Part shown: in pieces, positions 26,068-36,034 of the stretch
How positions within the stretch are numbered: position 1 is the first letter of the stretch
Layout: each line of letters starts with the position of its first letter
DNA from: a virus
Lineage: Duplodnaviria > Caudoviricetes
DNA: 50,163 nt
Reading direction: 5' to 3' (one strand)
Virus record (IMG/VR): IMGVR_UViG_3300009528_000007
Location: 1 to 50,163 of that record
Position numbers and translations under genes: made by a program
Notes under the pieces: generated by a model
Databases searched by the model: none
The model's input: the letters and a program-made list of their open reading frames with translations, nothing else
What the model was told of the DNA's origin: nothing

Positions 26068-26907
26068 ATGGCAGAAAAGGACAAGGGGAAGACAGCAGAT
26101 CCTGTGGAACCCGATCCTAGTGATCCTACCCCACAGCCCGAACCTGTTCCCGAACCAGAGCCAAAGGAGCCTCCTGTACCGACTATTCCAAAAGAATACG
26201 AGGGTAAGACATTGGAGGAAATGATCCGAATGGATCAAGAATCGCAGAAGACGATAGGTGAGCAAGCCAAGCAAGTTGGCGATCTCAAGAATAATTTAGC
26301 CTATTCAGATCAACTGCGAGAACTGGCAATGCAGAGAGCCAGGGAAGGTAGCCAGGCTGTTCAACAGCCCGAGGAACTGAAGCTCGATTGGAATTTCGAA
26401 AAACCAATCGAATCTGTTCAAGAGATAGTCAAGAGAGAGCTTGATACAAGAGAGAAGAAGAGGCAGGTGAATGATTTAGAAAAGGTGAAAGCCGAAGCTA
26501 AGTCAAACTATGCCGAAGGTCGAAGCTTGGCCTTGAAACAAAATCCAGATCTTTTTGAGGGCATTGAACGTGAGACTGAAGATGCGGTCTATAATTCTTA
26601 TATGACTGGCATTATAGGTGCACACGCTCTAAGGAATCCAGAAGCATGGAACATGGCAGCCAAGTTAATTCATTTGCGTGATGGTAAAATTGACCGACTT
26701 CAATCTACTGGTGTTAAGCCCGTTGAGACTGTCGGCGGTGAACTTCCAACTCCTGCAAAACCAGGAACTACTGAGAAGCCGTTTACTGGACTCGACTATA
26801 CCGATGAAGGAGTCCAGAAAATGATGAAACAGTATGGGTTAACAAAAGAGGAAGCAGAGGAAATTGTTAAAGAGGGACAGGAAAGAGTTGCAAGGGGGGA
26901 GAAATAA
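26068..26907 (+). CDS. Capsid scaffolding protein
   Basis: PE-rich N-terminus, IPKEYEGK.LEE, coiled coil, GLTKEE tail. Confidence 0.7.
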   Translation: MAEKDKGKTADPVEPDPSDPTPQPEPVPEPEPKEPPVPTIPKEYEGKTLEEMIRMDQESQKTIGEQAKQVGDLKNNLAYSDQLRELAMQRAREGSQAVQQPEELKLDWNFEKPIESVQEIVKRELDTREKKRQVNDLEKVKAEAKSNYAEGRSLALKQNPDLFEGIERETEDAVYNSYMTGIIGAHALRNPEAWNMAAKLIHLRDGKIDRLQSTGVKPVETVGGELPTPAKPGTTEKPFTGLDYTDEGVQKMMKQYGLTKEEAEEIVKEGQERVARGEK

Positions 26908-27389
26908 TGTATTTAAGTGATATAAAGTTTATCAACTTAGAAGCCTCTAAGTGGAATAAAGAGAAATCCAAGCCTCAAGATGGTGTATACGACTTTGATG
27001 AGAAGATCGAGGTAGACTATCGGGGGACAGGGAAGGCTCGTGAATCGAATTGGTGGTTCACTTGGTGCAGATATGACCCTCGAAACAACTATCAGGAACT
27101 TAGAGAGTGGAAGATAATGTTCGGAAATAGCGGGTTCACTCCAGTTAATGTGGACACAGACCCCTATTGGCCCGAACCACTTGCACCCGATGAGAATGGG
27201 AACTATGTTTTTGGCGATCTCATTCTTGTTAAATGTAGGCTTATTGATTACTTGAAGGATAAACTGGAGAGGAAAAAACGTGCTCGTTCCAATGTTGGGC
27301 GTGCCAAACTTGATAAATGGCAGGAACAAATGGAAAAGCATGGTGCTTCTATCCCATCCTCAATGTTTGATGAGCTTATGCCCAAATAA
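26907..27389 (+). CDS. Hypothetical head-module protein
   Basis: GDLILVK motif; position in head module. Confidence 0.55.
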   Translation: MYLSDIKFINLEASKWNKEKSKPQDGVYDFDEKIEVDYRGTGKARESNWWFTWCRYDPRNNYQELREWKIMFGNSGFTPVNVDTDPYWPEPLAPDENGNYVFGDLILVKCRLIDYLKDKLERKKRARSNVGRAKLDKWQEQMEKHGASIPSSMFDELMPK

Positions 27390-27461
27390 GTTTCTTTTCC
27401 TACAATTTAGGTTTTCTCTGCTGAATCGTTAATCCGAAAAAACTAAAAGGAGAAAACTATA

Positions 27462-27941
27462 ATGGCTTTAGCTGCTGGCGCTGTAGAAAGCGTACAACTA
27501 TATAGTGGTGTCGAAAGTCAAGTTGTCCCAGCTCAAGAAGGAGGCACTCTTTCTGCCAATGCCTGGTATAAAGGCGATCTGGTTGTATTCGCAGCCGATG
27601 GTGCTGTTGATACGGTTGGTGCCACTGGTGCATTTAGTGGAATTGCAAGTGACGCTTGTACTGGAACAGATGACACAAAGTTTGAACTATTCCTGATTGA
27701 TCCCGCTGCAATTTACATGATGAGAGTGGAGACTGCTAAAAATTCTGCCATAGCGTATTTAGGAAATGCGTATGGCTTGAATTTTACGGCTGGCACACAA
27801 CGCATAGACCCAGACAATGCTTCTACTGTAGACATTTATGTTGTTGGGCAACACCCATCTGATGTTGGAGTTGCTGGTGCTGGTGTAGATGAAGGAAGAA
27901 TGCTCGTGCGGTTTAACTACGATGTCTTTATTGGCATCTAA
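27462..27941 (+). CDS. Putative capsid decoration/cement protein
   Basis: GDLV, G/A-rich beta protein directly before the major capsid gene. Confidence 0.6.
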   Translation: MALAAGAVESVQLYSGVESQVVPAQEGGTLSANAWYKGDLVVFAADGAVDTVGATGAFSGIASDACTGTDDTKFELFLIDPAAIYMMRVETAKNSAIAYLGNAYGLNFTAGTQRIDPDNASTVDIYVVGQHPSDVGVAGAGVDEGRMLVRFNYDVFIGI

Positions 27942-27952
27942 GGGAGATAACA

Positions 27953-28885
27953 ATGGCGATAATTAGACTAGGTTTTGATACCACAAGCAATAAAGACTTA
28001 CTAAAAACTGGTGCACTTCGGAAGATTTTTGACAATACCGTCCGTGAAGCTAAGACTGAATATCAGGTTCTTTGTAAAGACCTGAAAACTTCAGATGAGT
28101 ATGAACGTGACCAAGAAATGTCAGGTCTCGTAGAGGCTGTCGAGATTTCTGAGGGTCAAAATATTCCTATCCAAGCCCCTGCTTTGGGTGAATCTAAAAC
28201 ATACACTCAGAGGCGGTTTGCTGCTGGATTCAGAATGACTCACAGTTTTGATTATTTTAATAAGTATTCATTTTGGAAAAGGTGGGCAAGAGACCTCGGA
28301 AAAATTCAGAAGGAATCCAAAGACATCGAAATTGCAACTATGTTCAACGATCCAGACAGCACAACTCTAACTTGTGGAACTGGATTTGATGGCAATGCGA
28401 TTGCCGATGCCACGCATGATAACCCAAGTGCTGCCGTAGCGACTTATAACAACTATGGTAACGCTGCCATGAGTATCACTTCTATTCAGAATGCAAGATA
28501 CTATTTTGCTACCCTGAAAGATGCTAATGGCAAATGGGTGGGTGCAATTCCAACTGTACTCTACTACGAACCGACTTTGCATTTTACTGCGAATGAGATT
28601 TTTGGTAGTGAACTGAAGGCTCATGAATTGTCAAATACTATTAATGTTCTCGGTGATATGAATTTAAAGCTCTTTGAATACCATCGACTTACAACTACAA
28701 CTCACTGGGGTTTAGCGGCTCCAAATGATCCAGATTACGATTTCAATGTTTTTACAAGTATGGAACCAATTTTCGTGACTCGCGATGCTCCGGATAATAC
28801 ACTTGATAAGATTAACATTTCACTTCAGTATTTCACGTACGGATGGGGCGATCCTAGATTGCTCTATGTTGGATATGGTGCATAA
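27953..28885 (+). CDS. Major capsid protein
   Basis: 310 aa; EG..IP, GFDG...H, P..L..P.L..TA.EI..S and GWGDPR motifs of HK97-fold capsid proteins. Confidence 0.85.
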   Translation: MAIIRLGFDTTSNKDLLKTGALRKIFDNTVREAKTEYQVLCKDLKTSDEYERDQEMSGLVEAVEISEGQNIPIQAPALGESKTYTQRRFAAGFRMTHSFDYFNKYSFWKRWARDLGKIQKESKDIEIATMFNDPDSTTLTCGTGFDGNAIADATHDNPSAAVATYNNYGNAAMSITSIQNARYYFATLKDANGKWVGAIPTVLYYEPTLHFTANEIFGSELKAHELSNTINVLGDMNLKLFEYHRLTTTTHWGLAAPNDPDYDFNVFTSMEPIFVTRDAPDNTLDKINISLQYFTYGWGDPRLLYVGYGA

Positions 28886-28939
28886 GTTTTTGTTGAAAAT
28901 TTACGTATGCAAGATGCGTAAATAGATTTTGATTTTTAA

Positions 28940-28976
28940 GGGGACTCGACCAAATCTTAATCGGTTGGGTCTCCTT
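28940..28976 (+). terminator. Hairpin after the major capsid gene (probable terminator)
   Basis: GGGACTCGACC...GGTTGGGTCTCC. Confidence 0.45.
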
Positions 28977-29036
28977 CAACCTATTATTCTTTGAGGAGGA
29001 TGGTTTTGGTTGGAAAGAAAATAGGAGAAAAATAAA

Positions 29037-31556
29037 ATGGCTAAAATAAGTGATATTTCGGGTGCAAGCAATATTTGGCTTGGCTCGAAATCAAACACAC
29101 AACAGGGAATAGTTTATATTCCCGCAAGCAGCGTGGCTGGTAGTGGAACTGCTGACAAGCCTGGGCTGCTTTTTCTTGAAGCTGTAGATAGTACTGGTAC
29201 TATGCAAGATGGTTTATACCTCTGGGCAGATAGTTCGGACAAACTTCGCTATAGTTCTACGTATCCTACAGATGAAGATGGCTCTGGAGACCCACTTGAT
29301 AATACTGCAACTAGTGCCATGGTCAACAAACAGTTAAGTAATCTTGGTACTGTTGCTATTAATACTAGTATTCAATCTGATGGCGACCTTGCTGATGACC
29401 TTGGTGACGCTTCGTATCAATGGGTATCTCTTTATGCAAGAGATTTGTACCTGAATTCTACCGCTACGATGAAAGGTGGAACTGGTGGCAAGATTAATGT
29501 TGTTGGTATAATGGAATTTGGTGCTAGTGGCGGTGATGCTGGTAATGCTGATATTGTATGGCACGCTCACACTGATACTAATTTTATCACATTTGACGAA
29601 GATGAAGAAGCTCTAACATTTGAAGATGATACTATTCTGAAATTTGGTACTGGGAATGACATACAATTTATGTCAGATGGTACTGATTTAACTATTGTTG
29701 GTCGTGCTGACGATGTGAAAATCATTTCTGGTGTTAGTCAAGATATAGATTGGATTTGGGAAAGCAAAACAGGTACAGGAAAAGATATTGGCTGGGTAGC
29801 TGATATTTATACATTTCAAATTACCGATGGTACTATTTTTCAGATTGGTGGTAGTGCGGTAGATACGATTACTGATGGTTTTCAGATCATATTTGATGGT
29901 AGTGAAACATTGAATATTGACCCTGTTAGTGGTCATGCGAATGACGTAGTTAGGATTGGCGAGAGTGTTGTTGCAGATTTTTATCTTGATGGTGCTAGTT
30001 ACGACATAAATTGGGACGGCTCTGAAAGTGAACTTGTTTTTAATGATAGTGCTAAACTTGTATTTGGAGGTTCTGCTGGTGCTGGAACCGATGACCTCAT
30101 TATTGCATCTGGAGGGGACGTAACTAATGTTACATTTGGTGCTACTACCAATAGCATAGTAGTGCAATCTTATGCGTCGCAAACCGTTGCTGCCCTAGAC
30201 TTTGATAATGATACGGCTGAATGGGCTGGGGCTAATGATGTTGGATTACTACATATTAGATCTGACGCTGCTTTAGGTAATGCTGGTGCTAGTTTATTCT
30301 ACATTGACAATAGTGGAAAACCCATCGGTTCGGCAGAAGGCTTTATGGTGCGGTGGATTGACGGTTCATCTAATACGTCAGGTACTTATGCCGCAGAGAT
30401 GTTTTCAAATGCTAACCACTTTCTGAAAATACATACTGGTGCGGTTGGAGTTACACCCTTAACCATAACACCACATACTGCCGCAACTGCTGCTGGTATT
30501 TTTGTTGATGGAACTACGGGTACTTGGGTTGGTGGTACCGATATAGGATTAGTTGATATTGATAGTGATGGCTCATTGGTTGCGGGGGCAAATTTACTTC
30601 GTGTAGACCAAGCTGGTGCACAAGCTGCTGCAAGTTATGTATGTGAACTTATCGCTAGTGGAACCCTTGCTAATGCAACGGAAGGTAATGTTTTACGAAT
30701 AATTGATAGCGGGACTCCCACTACTGGAACGTCTTATGCAACTTATGTTAATTCGACAGCTAGTAATGCGATGAAGCTAGAGACTGCTGCTGCTGCTAAG
30801 ACAGCCTTGACCATAGAGTGTGCTACTAATGCGACTGCTTCTGGTCTTATTATGGATGGTACGGCTAATAACTATCTCGGTGGTGCTGACACTGGTTTAC
30901 TTCATGTTATGAATGATACCGTAGCGACAGACAATGCTTCTACTTTGTTATTTATTGACTGTGCGGTGCAGCCTAAGGCTGGTCAGACTGGTGCTTGTGC
31001 AAGGTTTATTCAAAGTACAGGTAATGCTCGGACAGATGGTTGGTTAGTGGAGATTGCTGCCATAACGACTGGTGGAGCACTGAGAGTAAATACTGGTATT
31101 GTTACTTTTGATGAAAGCCTAAGTGTTGGAACTACTCTTGGCGTTACTGGTGCTGCTACTTTTGCTCTTGGACAACAGACTTCTGCTACTGCAAGAACTA
31201 GTAATGATACCGCTGGTAGTGGAACGTCTCAGATTGCTGCTGGCGAAGGTTATATTGCGGTTACTTCTAGTGGTGATGCTGATGACCATATAGTGTTACC
31301 TGCCCCCGTGGTTGGAAATGTTATATGGCTTTATGTTGGTGCCACTGGTTATGAGTTGTCGGTTCATGCTACTAATTGTACGACTATTACTCTTAATGGT
31401 GCTGCTGCTACAAGTGATCATGCCTCAAGTTCTGTTGCTGCAAATACTCTTGTTAGATGTGTTTGCCCTGTTGCTAATAAGTGGATAGCTACTGGTTATG
31501 GCACTGATGGTACCGAAGGCCCGCTAGAAGCTGCTACAAGTTGTTCTGCTTCTTAA
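29037..31556 (+). CDS. Large virion structural protein (head or tail fibre-like) with three internal repeats
   Basis: 839 aa, G/A/T/D-rich, directly after the major capsid gene. Confidence 0.6.
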   Translation: MAKISDISGASNIWLGSKSNTQQGIVYIPASSVAGSGTADKPGLLFLEAVDSTGTMQDGLYLWADSSDKLRYSSTYPTDEDGSGDPLDNTATSAMVNKQLSNLGTVAINTSIQSDGDLADDLGDASYQWVSLYARDLYLNSTATMKGGTGGKINVVGIMEFGASGGDAGNADIVWHAHTDTNFITFDEDEEALTFEDDTILKFGTGNDIQFMSDGTDLTIVGRADDVKIISGVSQDIDWIWESKTGTGKDIGWVADIYTFQITDGTIFQIGGSAVDTITDGFQIIFDGSETLNIDPVSGHANDVVRIGESVVADFYLDGASYDINWDGSESELVFNDSAKLVFGGSAGAGTDDLIIASGGDVTNVTFGATTNSIVVQSYASQTVAALDFDNDTAEWAGANDVGLLHIRSDAALGNAGASLFYIDNSGKPIGSAEGFMVRWIDGSSNTSGTYAAEMFSNANHFLKIHTGAVGVTPLTITPHTAATAAGIFVDGTTGTWVGGTDIGLVDIDSDGSLVAGANLLRVDQAGAQAAASYVCELIASGTLANATEGNVLRIIDSGTPTTGTSYATYVNSTASNAMKLETAAAAKTALTIECATNATASGLIMDGTANNYLGGADTGLLHVMNDTVATDNASTLLFIDCAVQPKAGQTGACARFIQSTGNARTDGWLVEIAAITTGGALRVNTGIVTFDESLSVGTTLGVTGAATFALGQQTSATARTSNDTAGSGTSQIAAGEGYIAVTSSGDADDHIVLPAPVVGNVIWLYVGATGYELSVHATNCTTITLNGAAATSDHASSSVAANTLVRCVCPVANKWIATGYGTDGTEGPLEAATSCSAS

Positions 31557-31568
31557 TATTGATTTTTC

Positions 31569-31598
31569 AGGGTGGGGACGAGAGTCCCCTCCCTTTTC
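31569..31598 (+). terminator. Rho-independent terminator
   Basis: AGGG.GGGGAC GAGA GTCCCC.CCCT followed by TTT. Confidence 0.6.
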
Positions 31599-31607
31599 TC
31601 AAGAGAA

Positions 31608-32150
31608 ATGACAGAGCATAGGGATATCAATAAGATAATTATTATTGGAATGGGGTCTAGTTGGAAAAAAGCTCCGATGGAAGGCGAGACTTGGAGTCTT
31701 AACAATATGTTATCGAGCAGGCCCGTAAAACTTTTGTTTCTTATGCACGACATTGACTTACTTCTTAAAGAAGGTTTACACGATACCGAAGAAATAATAG
31801 AAAATGTAAACAAACTCGGCATCCCAGTAATGACTCTTAAAGAGTATCCTTACTTACCAACTGCAATAATATTTCCAGTAGATGATATGCACTCTAATTA
31901 TTATACTTGTAGTTTTGCCTACATGATAGCTTATGCTGTTCATAAGGGGGCAACTGCAATAGATATATATGGAGTGCCGTTGGTTAATAAATTAGAGTAT
32001 AGAGAACAAAGAGCTTGTGTGGAATACTGGATAGGTTACGCTAGGGGCAGGGGGATAGAGGTTAATATTTTTGGACTAACAACTCTTTTTGGTACTGGGT
32101 TGGGCGTAGGTAGGTATGGATACGAGTGGTGTGGGCATTATCAAAAATGA
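31608..32150 (+). CDS. Putative Maf/DUF115-like glycosyltransferase-fold protein
   Basis: IIIIG.G.S, W.LN, S.AY.IAYA...GA..I.IYGV and EY..QR...EYW motifs. Confidence 0.5.
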   Translation: MTEHRDINKIIIIGMGSSWKKAPMEGETWSLNNMLSSRPVKLLFLMHDIDLLLKEGLHDTEEIIENVNKLGIPVMTLKEYPYLPTAIIFPVDDMHSNYYTCSFAYMIAYAVHKGATAIDIYGVPLVNKLEYREQRACVEYWIGYARGRGIEVNIFGLTTLFGTGLGVGRYGYEWCGHYQK

Positions 32151-32998
32151 ATTGTATTTTGTGCGGTGAAAAGAAATTAGAAGTATTAACTAGGAAGTTA
32201 CGAAATAATGAACCTGGGATTGTGCGGTATTGTCCAGAATGTGATTTAGGGATACTTGAGGACAATTTAAGTCCCGAAGAAATACGTAGGTGGTATGAAG
32301 GTGATTATCGAAAAAGCCACAAATTAATGCCCGATAAAGAGTATGCTGATTATCAAATACAGCGTGTCAATCTTTTAATGCCATATCTTAATATGAATAC
32401 GGTACTTTTAGATGTGGGCTGTTCAGGGGGGCATTTCCTTAGAGCGGTTCAATCCTTTGTGAAAAAAGCTGTTGGGGTTGATTGCGATTCAACTACTGTA
32501 ATACCAGGCGAATTGTTTGATGTTATTACAGTAATGCACGTTTTAGAGCATACATACGACCCGATTAGTTTTTTAGAGATGATTAAGGAAAACCTAAAAC
32601 CGAATGGGATGGTTTATATAGAAGTCCCAAATATGAATGATATAATCAATGTAGTCTATGGGAGTGAAGGGTTTAAGGATGTTCTTTTCCATAGAGCACA
32701 TAGATGGTATTTTACGCCGAAATCGTTGGCGAAGACAATGGAGAAAGTTGGTTTTTCGGGGACACTTCTTTTCTTAAATATGTATAATGTGCTGAATCAC
32801 ATGAGTTGGGCTTCAACAGATAAGCCGATAGATACAAAACGGGCAATTGGGAAACCGATTCTCCCTATGGTAGAGGATGTTCCTGAAGATATCAAACATG
32901 ATCTACAAGAATGGATTATTGATGTTAATACAACCTATGGGAATATCTTGTCAACACATGGTATTTCTGGGGAGATAGGTTTTATTGGATATGACTAA
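32147..32998 (+). CDS. Class I SAM-dependent methyltransferase
   Basis: N-terminal CxxC...CPEC; LLDVGCSGG; FDVIT..HVLEH..DP; LKPNG..YIEVPN. Confidence 0.85.
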   Translation: MNCILCGEKKLEVLTRKLRNNEPGIVRYCPECDLGILEDNLSPEEIRRWYEGDYRKSHKLMPDKEYADYQIQRVNLLMPYLNMNTVLLDVGCSGGHFLRAVQSFVKKAVGVDCDSTTVIPGELFDVITVMHVLEHTYDPISFLEMIKENLKPNGMVYIEVPNMNDIINVVYGSEGFKDVLFHRAHRWYFTPKSLAKTMEKVGFSGTLLFLNMYNVLNHMSWASTDKPIDTKRAIGKPILPMVEDVPEDIKHDLQEWIIDVNTTYGNILSTHGISGEIGFIGYD

Positions 32999-33018
32999 AG
33001 AGCCTTCGGGCTTTAAAA
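32996..33018 (+). terminator. Hairpin AAAGAGCC TTCG GGCTTT
   Basis: UUCG-loop stem. Confidence 0.55.
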
Positions 33019-33038
33019 TATTATAGGAGGTTTCATTT

Positions 33039-33326
33039 ATGTCTGAAGAAATTAAATTCAGTCCCAGTGAGGAGGCTACGAGAGTCAAGGCTCAGTTTGA
33101 TAAGCTGGTTGACCAAAGAGACCAGTTGATGAAACAAAGGTCTGAGGTTGATCGAGCACTCAATGAGATTGGGACTGGGATATTAAGACTTCAAGGGGCT
33201 TATGAGATGGCAATGAGGATTCTGGGGAAAGATACTGCTGGCAATGAGCTAGTTGTTCCCCCAAGTCCTGGGAAAGAGAAACAAAAACCAGAAGAAACAA
33301 TACCTGGCAAAAAGAAAAAGAAGTAA
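33039..33326 (+). CDS. Coiled-coil hypothetical protein (possible fibre chaperone)
   Basis: LRLQGA motif. Confidence 0.5.
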   Translation: MSEEIKFSPSEEATRVKAQFDKLVDQRDQLMKQRSEVDRALNEIGTGILRLQGAYEMAMRILGKDTAGNELVVPPSPGKEKQKPEETIPGKKKKK

Positions 33327-33454
33327 TTCTTTTTCACTAATTTAATTGCTTTTACCGTACGGCGAAAGCACAAGAATCGCCCTCACTAAAGGGGGTACGT
33401 GTACTGTCTAACTACGTCTAGCCATGGCGTGTATGAGACGAAAAGGAGGATAAC

Positions 33455-34033
33455 ATGGCAAATTCAATAGAAACCAAGTCCAAATTATGGATTTTAAACA
33501 CAAGCGAGCTTATTTCGGCAGCCCCTATCTGCATTCACAAGGTTCAGATGATAGTAAACGCAACGAGCGATGTGGGGACTTTTTATTCTTTATTTGGCAG
33601 CACGGCGACAGACCACGATAATTATTTTACAAACCTGACGTTTAATGCTAATACTTACACAATTCTCGATGCGGCTACTGGTAACAAATGGACTAATATT
33701 GCTGCCAATGATTGGGTTCATATCACCGAATGTAGTATAGCGGCTAATGATGGATGGTGGTATCTCAAGACCGATGGTGGTGATAGTACTTTTGATATAG
33801 AACATACTACTCTAGTACGTGGTGTTGCTAGGGTTCTTACTGCTGGGACTAGTGCTACTGCCAGAATAAGAACGTATACTCCCGAAATATGCATGAAGGT
33901 AATTGCAGATAATATTTCTACACTTTCTCATCCAGTGCCATTGGACTGGGGAGATAAGGGAAGATGGTTTGAGAACCTTTCATATCTACAGGGGTCTAGC
34001 GATACTCACGAAATTTACCTTTATATCAAATAA
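33455..34033 (+). CDS. Putative virion structural protein
   Basis: Beta-rich composition; structural-module context. Confidence 0.5.
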   Translation: MANSIETKSKLWILNTSELISAAPICIHKVQMIVNATSDVGTFYSLFGSTATDHDNYFTNLTFNANTYTILDAATGNKWTNIAANDWVHITECSIAANDGWWYLKTDGGDSTFDIEHTTLVRGVARVLTAGTSATARIRTYTPEICMKVIADNISTLSHPVPLDWGDKGRWFENLSYLQGSSDTHEIYLYIK

Positions 34034-34548
34034 TGGGAAAAAGCACAATTCGCCCTAAACCCCCATCCATGTCACCAGGGGAACACTCAAAGTGGAAGCC
34101 CTGTCGGCTGTGCGGCACAAGGTGGGTAACAGCAGAACTCAAGTTTGATAGTGGCTCAACGCTCCCAGTTGTGGGGGAAACTCTTGAGGGAGCTACTTCT
34201 GGAGATACAGGAGTGGTTACTGAGGTAGAGACTTTAATCTCTGGTGCGTGGGGTGATAGTGATGCGGCTGGATACTTACATGTGGACACGCTCTCGGGTG
34301 ATGATCCCGAGCAGTATTCAATCTTCACAGATGATGAACTCATTAATGGAAGCACAGCGGGCGATAGCTGTTTAACTGCGGATGGTCAAGGGAACATCAA
34401 AATATGGGCGATTTTGTGGCCAAAACGAATGCTCACTAAATTTCGGGGGTTTTGGTATTGTAATGAACACCTCGGGTGGAGGACACGACCCAAGCTAAGA
34501 GACGAGGATAAGCTTATTGTAACAGAAGAGGAGCGGGGCAAGGAATGA
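34033..34548 (+). CDS. Hypothetical protein: Zn-finger-like ends flanking a GETLEGATSG beta domain
   Basis: CRLC ... CNEH. Confidence 0.5.
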   Translation: MGKSTIRPKPPSMSPGEHSKWKPCRLCGTRWVTAELKFDSGSTLPVVGETLEGATSGDTGVVTEVETLISGAWGDSDAAGYLHVDTLSGDDPEQYSIFTDDELINGSTAGDSCLTADGQGNIKIWAILWPKRMLTKFRGFWYCNEHLGWRTRPKLRDEDKLIVTEEERGKE

Positions 34549-34763
34549 AGCGTTTCCCATTAAGTAAAATCAAGTGTGTGTACTGTGAACGCTCGGTACA
34601 TACTTTTGATATGGATAAGCATGGCAGGAAGATTATGGTTGATTATGACGTTTTTTGGTGTCCCAACTGCAAGAAAATCCTCAACCTAAGAGAAATAATC
34701 TTTACAGAAACAAAGGAGGGATTACATGGCAACCCAAACAGGCAAACCTGGAAAGATCTCTAA
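34545..34763 (+). CDS. Zinc-ribbon protein
   Basis: CVYC...CPNC. Confidence 0.5.
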   Translation: MKRFPLSKIKCVYCERSVHTFDMDKHGRKIMVDYDVFWCPNCKKILNLREIIFTETKEGLHGNPNRQTWKDL

Positions 34764-34953
34764 AAAGATTAAGTGGACTTGTGATATTTGTGAAGAGAAA
34801 AAGGAATATCCCAAGGACAAGATTTTTAGGATAGGGGACTATCATGAAGTTATCTGTGCAGAGTGTTATGACCGTGGCTTACTCTGGAGTATCAAAGAGG
34901 GCTATAAATGGCGAGGGCAAGTTATTATAGATGCAAAGAGGGGTAAGGCATGA
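34726..34953 (+). CDS. Zinc-binding protein
   Basis: CDIC...CAEC. Confidence 0.5.
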   Translation: MATQTGKPGKISKKIKWTCDICEEKKEYPKDKIFRIGDYHEVICAECYDRGLLWSIKEGYKWRGQVIIDAKRGKA

Positions 34954-35252
34954 AAGACATGAGCATAAAGATAATTCCTTGTGGTAAAAGACTCTTGGTT
35001 CAACTGACTCCTGTCAAGGAGAAGGTGACTAAGGGTGGTATTGTGCTGCCTGATACGCATGGCGAGGAGTCTCGGATTGGCTCGGTTATAGCGGTGGGTG
35101 ATGAGGTTGATAAGAAATTCCAACTTGGGGATAAGATCCTCATTGCGTTCTTCAGCGGCACTCCGCTTCACTTTCCTGATGAGGGTATACTTGATGATAC
35201 AGTGAGGATTATAACGCAGAGTGAAATTATGGGGAAAATTTCAGAGGAGTAA
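34950..35252 (+). CDS. groES: Co-chaperonin GroES (Cpn10)
   Basis: IIPCGKRLLV...TKGGIVLPD...G.VIAVG...GDKIL...I....EIMG. Confidence 0.9.
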   Translation: MKDMSIKIIPCGKRLLVQLTPVKEKVTKGGIVLPDTHGEESRIGSVIAVGDEVDKKFQLGDKILIAFFSGTPLHFPDEGILDDTVRIITQSEIMGKISEE

Positions 35253-35255
35253 ATT

Positions 35256-35951
35256 ATGAGCGGCACATTCGGCTTTGATGATTTTACTGACTATTTACAG
35301 ATTATGTTTGGGGAAAGAGGGGATTTAACATCCATTGGGGGCGTAAACCTCTATGAAAAATTTATAAATCTAGCTTATATTCGCCTCACAACTCGAAACA
35401 GATTCTGGGGACTAAAAAAGAGTTTTTACTTCCCAGAACTTGAAGTTGACAACAGCGGAACAGACACTACTGACGGAACTGCCTATATCACCACACCCAC
35501 TGATGCCCTGATTATAAGAGAAGTCTGGGATAGCACAAATGATGTGCGGCTAAATAACATTCCGCATAGTAAGTACATTGGATACACGGGTCGTGCTGAT
35601 TCAAGCTCTGAGGGTGAGCCAAAAGAATGGGTAAGGCGGGGTACATATATTTACCTACACCCGACTCCTGATGCTACTTATTCCATGTATGTTTATTACA
35701 GGAAGATTCCTACCATTCTTTCGAGTAGTGCAAAAACTGTCATAGGCACAGAGTGGGATGAGGTGATCTTACAGATGGCTTACATTATAGGAAAAGAGTG
35801 GTTAGGAGAATATGACAAGGCAGGGGCGATGAAGAAAGACCTTGCCGAGAGCTTTGCTGGAATTATAGGAATTTACGATTTAGAAGAGATGGCGAGGCGA
35901 CCAAAGGCCACGCCAGAGAGTATGGCTCTTCTTGATTCTGGATACAAATAA
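35256..35951 (+). CDS. Tail tubular/head-tail adaptor protein
   Basis: G.P...., IYLHPTPDATY and YYRK motifs typical of podovirus adaptors. Confidence 0.65.
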   Translation: MSGTFGFDDFTDYLQIMFGERGDLTSIGGVNLYEKFINLAYIRLTTRNRFWGLKKSFYFPELEVDNSGTDTTDGTAYITTPTDALIIREVWDSTNDVRLNNIPHSKYIGYTGRADSSSEGEPKEWVRRGTYIYLHPTPDATYSMYVYYRKIPTILSSSAKTVIGTEWDEVILQMAYIIGKEWLGEYDKAGAMKKDLAESFAGIIGIYDLEEMARRPKATPESMALLDSGYK

Positions 35952-35985
35952 GGCATCCTTAACCTAGGGGGGTTGCCTACTATAT

Positions 35986-36014
35986 AGGGTGAGGAGAGGC
36001 CTCTTCTCACCCCC
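35986..36014 (+). terminator. Strong hairpin (terminator-like)
   Basis: GGGTGAGGAGAG GC CTCTTCTCACCC. Confidence 0.55.
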
Positions 36015-36034
36015 AATCCTATCAAGGAATTTCA

